Below are positions 9,919-19,520 of a stretch of DNA of 64,000 nucleotides, piece after piece. The position numbers were made by a program, and so were the translations under genes. How positions within the stretch are numbered: position 1 is the stretch's first letter; every line of letters starts with the position of its first letter. Where the stretch lies: contig CAVYKI010000010.1 of the NCBI GenBank assembly GCA_963769025.1, positions 256,001 to 320,000 of the forward strand. Reading direction: 5' to 3'. Under the pieces are notes generated by a model. It did not search any database, had not been told where the DNA came from, and saw nothing but the letters and a program-made list of their open reading frames with translations. This DNA comes from an uncultured Verrucomicrobiae bacterium (GTDB lineage: Bacteria; Verrucomicrobiota; Verrucomicrobiia; Chthoniobacterales; Chthoniobacteraceae).

Positions 9919-10524
9919 CTATTCCTTCCCCTTCTCCGAACCGATCCGCTTCGTCATGGATTGCTCCACCCGGCCGGAATAGTCGCTGACGCTGGGATCG
10001 ACTTCGCGGATCTTTTGGAAGAGCGCGCGGTTGTAGTTCAGCAGCGCCTTGTGGGCCTCGGCCTCGTTCAGTTCGCTGTCGGCCTTGCCTTTGAGGTCCT
10101 TGAGGCTCGGATCCTCCAGCGCGCGCGCCTTCGCCGCGCGGAACCTCGTCGCATCGTCGCCGCCGGTGGAAGTCGGAGGAGGCAGGCTGCCTTTTTTCGG
10201 CGAGGGCTTCGTAGTCTTCGGCCCGGGGACTGTGGCGGGCTTCGCCGTCGCGGTGACTTTCTCCGTCGTGGAGGACGCCTCCGTGGCCGGCTTGGCCTTC
10301 GGGCGCGGACGGCGCTTCACCACGGGCGCAGGCGTGGGCGCCGGAGTCGGCGCGGGGCGAACCCCGAAGAGGCGCTGGAACCACGAAAGCTTCTTTTCCG
10401 GCTGCGCCTCGGTAGTGGCGGGCTTCGGGGCGGGAGTCTGCCGGGCAGCCGCGGGATTGAGCGCCGCTTCGAGCGGGGACAGGGCAAAGGTGGAGACGAG
10501 GATTGCGACGGAGAGCTTACGCAT
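9919..10524 (-). CDS. Exported Pro/Lys/Ala-rich hypothetical protein with helical C-terminus
   Basis: Signal peptide MRKLSVAILV..., followed by a low-complexity linker. Confidence 0.65.
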   Translation of the reverse strand: MRKLSVAILVSTFALSPLEAALNPAAARQTPAPKPATTEAQPEKKLSWFQRLFGVRPAPTPAPTPAPVVKRRPRPKAKPATEASSTTEKVTATAKPATVPGPKTTKPSPKKGSLPPPTSTGGDDATRFRAAKARALEDPSLKDLKGKADSELNEAEAHKALLNYNRALFQKIREVDPSVSDYSGRVEQSMTKRIGSEKGKE

Positions 10525-10570
10525 GGGTTTGGTTGGCAATTGGCGGGGAATAGTGTTGTACGAACGCTGC

Positions 10571-11749
10571 TTGTCGAGTCTGTCTTCCAAGTCTGCCACG
10601 GATGGAGCCCCTGCGAAACTGCGAAGCTGGGTGGAGGTGGATCTTGCCGCCATCCGGCGAAACCTCGCCGCGCTCGCGTCCGTCGCCGGGCCGGCGGTGA
10701 AAATCATGGCGGTCGTAAAGGCGAACGCCTACGGCCACGGCGCGCGCGAAGTGGCCGCCGCGCTCGCGGGACGCGTCGCGATGTTCGGCGTCGCGAATTT
10801 CACCGAGGCGGAGGCGATTTCAGCAGGTCGCGCGCGGCACGCCGATCGTCCTGCTCAGCGCCACGCTGCCCGCCGAACATGAGGCCATCGCGCGCCACGG
10901 CTTCATTCCGTTCGTGTCGAGCTTCGAGGAGGCGCGAGCAATATGCGTCGCACGCCGCCGGAGGACGCGTGCAGGTCCACCTCGCGGTCGATACCGGAAT
11001 GGGCCGGATCGGCGTCGTGGGAGCAGGACGCGATCGAGACCGCGCGGCGGATGCTCGCGTTGCCGGGCATCGAAATCACGGGCATCACCTCGCACCTTCC
11101 CGTCGCGGATGAGGATGCCGCTTTCACCACGGAACAGCTCGCACGCTTCCACTCGCTCGCCTCGCGACTCCGCACCGCCGGCCTGCCCGACGCGCTCGTG
11201 CACATCGAGAACAGCGCCGGCCTGCTCGGCTTTCCCGACCTCGCCGGAGCCCTCGCCCGGCCCGGGCTCGCGCTCTACGGCGAGGCTCCCCTGCCCCGAT
11301 TCCAGCCGAAACTCGAGCGGGCGCTGACTTGGAAGACGCGTGTGCTGCTGGTGCGAGACCTCGGAAAGGGCCGCAGCGTCAGCTACGGGCGGACGTTCAT
11401 CACGCCGGGCCCGATGCGCATCGCGACGCTGGCTGCCGGCTATGCGGATGGCTATCCGCGGCACCTCTCCGGACGCGGCGCGACCGTCCTCATCGGCGGA
11501 AAGCGCTGCGCCGTCCTGGGCCGCGTGACGATGGATCAAATCATGGTGGACGTGGGCGGCGTGCCGACGGCACCGGGCGATGAAGTCGTGCTGCTCGGCC
11601 AGCAGGGCGAAGAGCGGATCACCGCCACGGAAATCGCGTCGCTCGCGGGAACCATCCCGTGGGAAATTTTCACCGGCATCAGCGCCCGCGTGGCGCGGCT
11701 GTACCGAAATGGCGATTCTTCTGCTTCCACAACGCCGATTCCAGCGTAG
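10571..11749 (+). CDS. alr: Alanine racemase (three apparent +1 frameshifts, likely sequencing errors)
   Basis: WVEVDLAAIRRN, AVVKANAYGHG, HLAVDTGMGRIG, RPGLALYG, GYADGY and GRVTMDQ spread over successive frames. Start uncertain. Confidence 0.9.
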
Positions 11750-11773
11750 GTATTTCCCGAATCCCACCCGCCG

Positions 11774-12139
11774 ATGTACCAGATCATCTTCAACGAAATC
11801 AGCGCCGCCGAGATGGCCGCCCTGCCAAAGGAGCTTCAGCTCGATCTGCTCGCGGAATTTGAAGCCCTCCCGGAAAATCTCGACGAACTGGACCCGGAGA
11901 AATTCGGCAAGCTCGAGCGCGAAGGAAAAACGCTGCACCGGTATCGCGCGCGGGAGCACCGCATCTACTTCGAGCGGCGTCCCGAGGGCATCACCGTGCA
12001 TCGCGTGCTGCACAAGAACACGCTCCAGGATTTCCTTTTCCGCTCGAAGCTTTCCTCCGCCGAGGACGAGCAGCTCAGCAAGAAGGAGGACTTCTGGAAA
12101 CTCATCGAGGCCGGAGCCAAAGCCGGGAAGCGGCGTTGA
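11774..12139 (+). CDS. RelE/ParE-fold protein with C-terminal extension
   Basis: MYQIIF...GKL....LHRYRAREHRIYF..ITVHRVLHK follows the RelE-superfamily pattern. Confidence 0.55.
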   Translation: MYQIIFNEISAAEMAALPKELQLDLLAEFEALPENLDELDPEKFGKLEREGKTLHRYRAREHRIYFERRPEGITVHRVLHKNTLQDFLFRSKLSSAEDEQLSKKEDFWKLIEAGAKAGKRR

Positions 12140-12435
12140 ACGCAAAGCTCTGGGGTTGCGTGATCATGGGCGTCCTCGTGGCGCACCTCGCCGTGCTGAT
12201 CATCTGGGACAATTACCGCTCGATGGGGAAGCCGCGCCCCAAGCTCCTGGAGCCGACGTTCTTCACCGCCACGACGACCTTCACGAACGCGCGCGGAGAA
12301 GCTGTGAAGGTGCTCACCGAATTCACGGTGCAGACCGAACTCGCCAAGCCGGAGCTGCTCGAGCAGCTCCCCCCGGCGCCGGCGCAGGGTATCGCTGAGC
12401 CGGCGAAACCAGCGGAGCCGGCCGCTTCGCGTTGA
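12136..12435 (+). CDS. Small single-TM hypothetical protein
   Basis: TTGA overlap with the previous stop and an N-terminal TM helix. Confidence 0.6.
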   Translation: MNAKLWGCVIMGVLVAHLAVLIIWDNYRSMGKPRPKLLEPTFFTATTTFTNARGEAVKVLTEFTVQTELAKPELLEQLPPAPAQGIAEPAKPAEPAASR

Positions 12436-12444
12436 ACGGACGAC

Positions 12445-13587
12445 ATGCCGAATTTTTTCCCCGATGAGTCCGAGCGGCAGCGGCTCTTCCCGGTCTGCAA
12501 ATCGAAAATCTTCCTCGGGCACGCCGCCGTCACCGCGCTCCCGGCCTGCGTCGCGGATGCGATGTGCGCGCACATCCGCCAGTCGTGCGAAATGCCGCAG
12601 GAATTCGGCGACGTGCTGCGCGACATCAAGGGCGCGCGCCAGTTGTGTGCGGAATTCATCGGCGCGGAGGCGGATGAAATCGCGCTGCTCGGCCCGACCT
12701 CGCTCGGCCTGAGCCTCTTCGCGAACGGCCTCCCGTGGCAGCCCGGCGACGAGGTCGTGTGCTACGCAGGCGACTATCCGGCGAATGTGTATCCGTGGAT
12801 CGAGCTGCGGCGGCGCGGCGTGGGGGTGAAGCTGCTCCAGCCCGCGACGCCCGGCGAAATCACGCCCGAACTCGTCGCCGCCGCACTCACGCCGAAAACG
12901 AAACTCGTCGCCCTCGCGAGCTGCCATTTTTTCTCCGGCTACCGCATCGACGTGGATGCCATCGGACGCATGCTGCACGAGCGCGGCGTCCTCTTTTCCG
13001 TGGATGCCATCCAGACGCTCGGCGCGTTTCCGATGAACGTGGATCACGTGGATTTCCTCAGCGCCGATGCGCACAAGTGGATGCTCGGCCCGGTCGCCAT
13101 CGGCATCGTGTATGTGAAGAGGAAGCACTTCGACCTCTGCCGCCCGACGCTGCTCGGCGCGTGGAATGTGTATTCGCCGAACTTCCAGGCGCAGGACGAG
13201 GTGCGCTTCATGCCGACGGCGCAACGCTACGAACCGGGCGTGCTGAACATCGCCGGCATCTACGGCATGCAGGCGGCCATCGAGATGTTCCTGCGCCTCG
13301 GAGTGCAGCAAATCGCGGCGCGCCTCCTCGAACTCACCGCGCATCTCGCCGCCGGACTGCGTGATCGCGGCTACGAGCTTCACAGCCCCGCCGCCGGCGC
13401 AACGGCGAGCGGGATCACGACCTTCCGGCACGAAGCGCGGAGCATGGCGGAGTTGCACGCGAGGCTCGATCAGGCCGGCGTGGTCAGTTCACTCCGCCAC
13501 GATCGCGAAGGCCGCGAGTATCTCCGTTTCAGTCCGCATTTTTTCAACACCGAGGCGGAACTCGACACGGTGCTGGGACATTTGTGA
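12445..13587 (+). CDS. Class V PLP-dependent aminotransferase (cysteine desulfurase-like fold)
   Basis: VDAIQTLG, SADAHKWMLGP, RYEPG, RFSPHFFN. Confidence 0.9.
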   Translation: MPNFFPDESERQRLFPVCKSKIFLGHAAVTALPACVADAMCAHIRQSCEMPQEFGDVLRDIKGARQLCAEFIGAEADEIALLGPTSLGLSLFANGLPWQPGDEVVCYAGDYPANVYPWIELRRRGVGVKLLQPATPGEITPELVAAALTPKTKLVALASCHFFSGYRIDVDAIGRMLHERGVLFSVDAIQTLGAFPMNVDHVDFLSADAHKWMLGPVAIGIVYVKRKHFDLCRPTLLGAWNVYSPNFQAQDEVRFMPTAQRYEPGVLNIAGIYGMQAAIEMFLRLGVQQIAARLLELTAHLAAGLRDRGYELHSPAAGATASGITTFRHEARSMAELHARLDQAGVVSSLRHDREGREYLRFSPHFFNTEAELDTVLGHL

Positions 13588-13667
13588 GGTAGGGCGCGTT
13601 CGCCGAACGCGCCCAGATCCCTCGACTCGGGAGGATCCGTGGGACGGCTCGGCGAGCCGTCCCTACC
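13588..13667. repeat. GTAG-type REP doublet (REPIN-like) B
   Basis: GGTAGGGCGCGTTCGCCGAACGCGCCC (13588-13614) and an inverted partner (13641-13667, revcomp GGTAGGGACGGCTCGCCGAGCCGTCCC). Confidence 0.85.
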
Positions 13668-14817
13668 GGATCAGCCCGAAGTGCGTCTCGCGGTCGCGCA
13701 GGAATGGCCAGTAAACGAAGAAGCCCGGGCCCATCAGGTTTTTCTCCGGCACGGTGCCCCACGCGCGGCCGTCGGAGCTGTTGAAGCTGTTATCGCCGAG
13801 CGCGAAATATTGTCCCTCCGGCACGTGGAACGTGGCGTCCGGGTCGCGGAGCAGATAGCCGATCGTGTTTGAGTAGCCCTTGTATTCGTTCCACGGCTTT
13901 TCGTCGCTGCCCTGCATCACGCGCACGAAGCCGGGCTCCTTTGCGCGCTGGCCGTTGTGGAAAAGATCCGGCGCGGCGAGCCGCAGTTCGTCCCCCGGCA
14001 GGCCGGCGAGTCGCTTGATGTAAAATTGCGACGGCTTCATCGGCGGCGGACCGGAGATGCCGTAGCCGGGGATGTCGATGTACTGGGTCAGGAACACGAA
14101 CACCTCGCCGCGCGTGGGCTTGCGGAAATGGTAGCTGCATTTGTCCACGAACACGTGGTCGCCCGTGTCCGTGTAGCCGCGCGCGATGGGGTCGCCTTTC
14201 TTATACGCGCGGCCGGGGGAAATCCCGAACGTGTCGCGCACCGGCCGCTCGGATTCATTCACCCAGTAGGTGTGTCCCGCATCCGTATCCACGCGGGTGT
14301 AGGTGAAAAACCGCCGGAGACCGCCGCGCTTTTCCTCGGCGACGTTCGTCACCCTTTCATCCGCCTCGGCCACCACATTATGCCAGCTGCGCCCGTACGC
14401 AGCCGTGTGATAGGCGCGGAGGAGAAGGTTCGGCGGCTCCTCGGCCGTGACCTTTCCGGTGATGCCGTTCAGCGTCGGATACATCGAGGAAGTGGGAATG
14501 GTGAACGGCTGGAGGAAATACGTGCGAATCCCCAGCGCCACGATGATCGCGACGAGGATCACCTCCACGTTCTCCGCGATCCCCGCGTGCTTCCCGAGCG
14601 GGCAATGCTGGCCGCACAGCCGGTCGAGCGCCTCTTCGCTCGCCTTCACGCCGGCCTTGTCGCGCTGCTTGACGCAATCGGCGAGTCGCTCGATTTCCAC
14701 GACGAATTCCGCGGTCACATCGGGAGCCCAGCGGTCGCGGTTGTAGTCCACGCGCTTCTGCGCCTCCTTGATGTAAAGGCGGGCCTGCTTGATGTACTTC
14801 GGCGTGAGGAAAAACAT
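13663..14817 (-). CDS. lepB: Signal peptidase I
   Basis: QPFTIPTSSMYPTL (catalytic Ser), YIKRL (catalytic Lys), YFALGDNS..SSDGR.WG.VP. Confidence 0.92.
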   Translation of the reverse strand: MFFLTPKYIKQARLYIKEAQKRVDYNRDRWAPDVTAEFVVEIERLADCVKQRDKAGVKASEEALDRLCGQHCPLGKHAGIAENVEVILVAIIVALGIRTYFLQPFTIPTSSMYPTLNGITGKVTAEEPPNLLLRAYHTAAYGRSWHNVVAEADERVTNVAEEKRGGLRRFFTYTRVDTDAGHTYWVNESERPVRDTFGISPGRAYKKGDPIARGYTDTGDHVFVDKCSYHFRKPTRGEVFVFLTQYIDIPGYGISGPPPMKPSQFYIKRLAGLPGDELRLAAPDLFHNGQRAKEPGFVRVMQGSDEKPWNEYKGYSNTIGYLLRDPDATFHVPEGQYFALGDNSFNSSDGRAWGTVPEKNLMGPGFFVYWPFLRDRETHFGLIR

Positions 14818-14881
14818 GGGTCGCGCTCCCTTATGCGTCCCGTCCCGCGATGGCAAGCGCGCACGCCGGGCGCGCCGCTTT

Positions 14882-17323
14882 TCACTCGTAAACGAGCTGC
14901 ACCGTCGCGCTGCAATCCGCGTCGGCGCTCGCACGGAGCCAGCGCGCGTGAATCGCAGCCGGGAACTCGTAGGTGACCGCGTCGCCATGCGGCACCTCGA
15001 AGGCCTTGTGCGTGATCCAGAGACCGGTGCCATCGAGATCGAGTTCGACGCGGAAGGTGACCGGGCGCTTCCCGTCGTGACTGAGTTTCAGAGTCCGCCG
15101 GTCGTAGCCCCAGATCAGATACGGGTCGCTCTTCTCGCCAGCGGCGACTTTCGCATGCGCCCAAGGTCCGCCCTGGCCGCGCGGCTTGCCCAGTTTCCAA
15201 AGGTCGTCGATCGCGCCGGCCCACAGCGCGGCCTTGCCGTCGTCGCTGCGGATGATGTGTTCGCCGCTCGCGTCAGGTTTCAGGCCCGTGAGGATGAGCA
15301 TCCCGCGGTAGCTGCAGTAGTCCATGATACGCCGGTCGTGCGTGGCGACGGGGCGGATGTTGGCGAAGCCGTCGGCGTTTTCCGCGGGCAGTTCGTAGAA
15401 AGTGCCGTGCGCGCTGAAGAGGTCGCGCTCGGTGGACACTTCGCGGCAGATGCGCAGCAGTCCGGCGTCCGTCGGCGCGTCGTTGGACTCAGTCGTGAAT
15501 GGCAGCCGCCAGCGGCGTCCGCGGTCGTCCACGACCAGCACGCTCGCGCCGTCCTTCGTGATGACGTTGCGCGGGATCGCCGTCTTCGCCTTCACGAATT
15601 CGTGCGCCTTCGCGTCCTCGACGCGGCGCAGGTTCAGTTCGCCATCGAGTTCGTAGTAGCCGAGGTCCGCCGCCTCGGTGCCGCGCACGTTCATGGCTGC
15701 GAACGCGAGGGTGCGCTTGTTGTCGCCGCGCGCGCGGACGAGGCCGCCGATACTCGCGCCGGAATCGCTGATCGCCGCGACGCCGCTGAAAATCGCGTCC
15801 GGCTGCGCGCCACGCCGGTCCGCATTCACGCAGGTGAAAAACGCGCTCACCTTGTCACCGGCGCTCGTGGCGCGGAGGCGGATCCATTCGCCCTGCTCCG
15901 TGAACGTGACGGCCTCCGCCGCGCCGGGCGCCACGGTGAGCGCGTCCTTCCGCGGCTTGCCGTCGATCTCGATCGTCGCGGTGAACGGCGCTGTTCCGCC
16001 GTTCACGACATGCAGCGTGCGATGCTGCCAGCCAGCGGCGAGGAACGGGTCCGACACCTCGCCGCGCCTTCACCGCGTCGCGCAGCCACACCGCGCCGCT
16101 CGCATGGGCGGGGCCGAAGCTGTCGAGCGCCTTCGGCTCGACGAACCACAGGTTCGACTGCGACTGGCCCGGGCCCGTCGATGCCGCCCTTCACCTTGCG
16201 CTTGTTCAGGAACTCCGACTTTGCCGTGTCGTCGCAGCCGAAGCACGAGGCGATCGTTCCACGCGGCAGAAGTCGCCGATCGACCTTGAGATACGTCGCT
16301 GCGCGGACGGATGCCCGCGGTGTTCGCCGCGCGTGAACGTCTTCGGGAACCGCCAGAACATGCCGTGCATCGTCATCAGCAGATCGCTCTCGCCGATGTC
16401 GCGGATGCGCGGCCACTCGGTGTTCCAGCCGTGCGCGCCGTCGTAGCTGTGGCTCGCCTTCGGCAGGCGGAAGGTCGTGCCACTTTCCGCCCTCGCAGCA
16501 GCATGAGGATGAGCGAGCGATGATCCCAGCCGATGCTCCAGAGCGGATCGGTCGCGGGATTCTCGTTGCCGAAAATGCCGCCCGGCCCGGTGACTTCGGT
16601 GAACTGATTGCGCCGCACGACCGTCCACGTCGTCCGGCCTTGCCGTCCCACTCGGCGAGCACGCCGGACGGCGTCGTCGGGATCCTTCAGCGCCGCCGGG
16701 GCGTGGTCGCCGTTGTTCGCATACACGAGCCGGCCCTGGCCGGAGTAGAGGCCCTTGCCGTGGTAGCCGGGCAGGTCGGCGTGGCGGCCGTCCTTTTGCT
16801 GCTCGTCGGTCCAGAGCTTCGTGACGGCGAGCGACTGCACGTCCACCTCGTAGATGCCCTCCTCCATCGTGGCGTAGTAGATCTTGCCCGCCGGGTCGGT
16901 GAGATGCCGCGCATTGCCGGTGAGCCGGCCGAACATCTTGTCCGGCGGAATCACGCGCACGCCGCCTTTCGCATCGATGACGTACGGCCCGATGAAGAGC
17001 TGCTCCGACTCGCGGTGGATCATCCGGTTCGCCGGCGTGCCGCCGATGCTCTCGGGGCGGACGGTCTGCACGAGCTCGGCCGTGATTTCGTAGAGCTTGT
17101 CCGAGGAGCCCTGCGGCTTGTGCGGCGCGTAGGTGATGACCCACAGCCGGTCCGCCCACGGCACGACCGCGCCGGTGCCGCACTCGCCCTCGTCGTTGAA
17201 CATCGCGAGATGCGGATAGATGCCGGAGACGCTGCGCGGTTCGGCCGCAGAGGATTCGCAGTGAATGATTCCAGCCAGGAACGCGGCGTAAAGCGGGAGG
17301 AGCGGGGGTCGTCGGAATTTCAT
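14882..17323 (-). CDS. Large exported hypothetical protein (~810 aa, several apparent frameshifts at ~16.0-16.7 kb)
   Basis: ORFs 16376..17335 and 14882..16057 are linked by coding-like fragments (LPKASHSYDGAHGWNTEWPRIR, GCDDTAKSEFLNKR). Signal peptide present. Confidence 0.7.
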
Positions 17324-17480
17324 GGGATTGCGCATTGAATCCGCGCGCCGCGCCGTTTGGAAAAGCTATTTTCGGCCCTCTCCATCGATGGACACCCCCG
17401 GGACGCAACGTGCGTGGCATCGGCGTCGTCAGCGGGGTGAGCTTGCATTCGCGCTTCCCGCCCGTTTTGAGTTTCGTGAC

Positions 17481-18242
17481 ATGAAACTGATTTCCTGGAA
17501 CGTGAATGGCATCCGCGCGGCGCTGAAAAAGGGTTTCCTCGATTTCCTCGCGGCGGAAATGGCGGACATCGTGTGCGTGCAGGAGACGAAGGCTTCGCCG
17601 GATGTCGTCGAGGTCGAGTGGCCGAAGGGCTACGGCGCGCATTGGAACTGGGCGGAGAAGAAGGGCTACTCGGGGACGCTGATCCTCAGTCGCACCGAAC
17701 CGCTGGCCGTTACGCGCGGCATCGGAAAAACAGAGCATGACCGCGAGGGGCGCGTGCTCACGGCTGAGTATGCCGACTTTTTCCTCGTGAATGTGTACGT
17801 GCCGAACTCGCAGCGCGAGCTGACGCGGCTCGACTACCGCCAGCAGTGGGACCGCGATTTTCTCGCGCACCTGAAGGCGCTCGAACGCACGAAGCCGGTG
17901 ATTTTCTGCGGCGACCTGAACGTGGCCCACACGGAGATCGACCTCGCGCGGCCGAAGGACAACGTGCGCAACCACGGCTTCACGATCGAGGAGCGCACGG
18001 GCTTCGGCGCGCTGGTGGAGGCGGGCTTCGTGGACACGTTCCGCGAATTTGAAAAGGCCGGCGGCCATTACACGTGGTGGAGCCAGATGAACAACGCGCG
18101 CGCGCGCAACATCGGCTGGCGGATCGATTACTTCCTCGCGTCCGCCGCACTGCGTCCGCGGTTGAAATCGGCGCGGATCTACCCGCACATCACCGGCTCC
18201 GACCACTGCCCCGTGGGGCTGGAGCTGAAGCGCGGGAAATGA
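17481..18242 (+). CDS. xth: Exodeoxyribonuclease III (AP endonuclease)
   Basis: SWNVNGIRA, QETK, YVPN, GDLNVAH, GWRIDY, SDHCP. Confidence 0.95.
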   Translation: MKLISWNVNGIRAALKKGFLDFLAAEMADIVCVQETKASPDVVEVEWPKGYGAHWNWAEKKGYSGTLILSRTEPLAVTRGIGKTEHDREGRVLTAEYADFFLVNVYVPNSQRELTRLDYRQQWDRDFLAHLKALERTKPVIFCGDLNVAHTEIDLARPKDNVRNHGFTIEERTGFGALVEAGFVDTFREFEKAGGHYTWWSQMNNARARNIGWRIDYFLASAALRPRLKSARIYPHITGSDHCPVGLELKRGK

Positions 18243-18354
18243 GAGCAGCGGCATGTCGCCCGAAATCCATCCCGCACGCATCGGTTGCATTCGCGCGCCT
18301 CAATCCGGATGCTGGGCCGCCTCTGCCGCTTGATACGACTACGCCTTCCGCCGA

Positions 18355-19338
18355 ATGACACATGAATTGGACCATTTGCATCAGCCCGTATCGGCAGTCG
18401 CGCGCACGGACGTCGCCACGTTGCGCCAGGATTTCACCGTTCAGCATGCGTTGGATGCCATCCGGCAGCGCGGCATCGGCGAGAAAATCGTCTATTTTTA
18501 CGTGGTCGATGAGGAGGACCGCCTGGCCGGCGTCCTGCCCACCCGCCGGCTTCTGACCGCGCCGCTTGGGCACTCGCTGGCCGACCTCATGATCACCCGC
18601 GTGGTCGCCATTCCGCAGACCGCGTCCGTCCTGGAGGCGTGCGAAGCCTTCGTCCTCCACAAGTTTTTGGCCTTTCCGATCGTGGACAAGGAACGAAGGA
18701 TTGTCGGCCAGGTGGATGTCGGATTGCTGAACGAAGAGGCATTCGACATCGCCGAGCGGGAGCAGACCGGGGCACTGTTTGAAACCATCGGTTTCCGCGT
18801 CTCGCAGGTGCGCGATGCATCGCCAATGCGGGCTTTTCGCTTCCGCTTTCCGTGGCTGCTGGCGACCATCGGCAGCGGAACCGTCTGCGCATTGTTGGCC
18901 AGCGCTTACGAGGTCACCCTCGCAAAAAGCATCGTCCTTGCGTTTTTCCTGACGCTCGTCCTGGGCCTGGCCGAAAGTGTCAGCATTCAATCCATGACGG
19001 TCACCATCCAGGCATTGCGTGGGACCCCGCCCACCTTCGCCTGGTATCTCCGGGCGTTTCGAAGGGAGACAGGCACGGCCGTGCTGCTCGGGGCGGCGTG
19101 CGGGTCCGTGGTGGGCGTGATTGTTTTCCTCTGGCGCGGCACCGGCCTCGCCGCGGTGGTGATCGGCGGAAGCATCTCGCTGGCGCTATGCGCGGCGTGC
19201 TTCTTCGGTCTGAGCGTTCCGGCCCTTCTCCACGCACTCAAACTCGACCCGAAAATCGCCGCCGGACCGGTGACCCTCGCGTTGACCGACATTTTCACGC
19301 TGCTGTTTTACTTCGGCTTGGCAGCGTGCCTGTTGTGA
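18355..19338 (+). CDS. mgtE: Magnesium transporter MgtE (CBS pair + TM domain, no N domain)
   Basis: YFYVVDEEDRLAG, RFPWLL, LKLDPKIAAGP..LTDI. Confidence 0.85.
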   Translation: MTHELDHLHQPVSAVARTDVATLRQDFTVQHALDAIRQRGIGEKIVYFYVVDEEDRLAGVLPTRRLLTAPLGHSLADLMITRVVAIPQTASVLEACEAFVLHKFLAFPIVDKERRIVGQVDVGLLNEEAFDIAEREQTGALFETIGFRVSQVRDASPMRAFRFRFPWLLATIGSGTVCALLASAYEVTLAKSIVLAFFLTLVLGLAESVSIQSMTVTIQALRGTPPTFAWYLRAFRRETGTAVLLGAACGSVVGVIVFLWRGTGLAAVVIGGSISLALCAACFFGLSVPALLHALKLDPKIAAGPVTLALTDIFTLLFYFGLAACLL

Positions 19339-19520
19339 GGCGGCTTCCGCGCGCGGCACGCGACGCGGCGGCACATGGGAAACGTTGCGTCGCGTGGACA
19401 ATTCTGCCACTGAACCCGTCCCCTGCGGCGCGTCGTGGCGCAGTCCCCTCATGATATGGGCTAAGTCGGACGAGTGTCCGCAGGTTTTCACCGCGCATTA
19501 TTTTCATCCCGAACCAGACC

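Noticed and set aside
8671..13667. CRISPR interpretation of the hairpin repeats
   Set aside because: The copies are inverted pairs 5 kb apart, with no repeat-spacer array and no cas genes.
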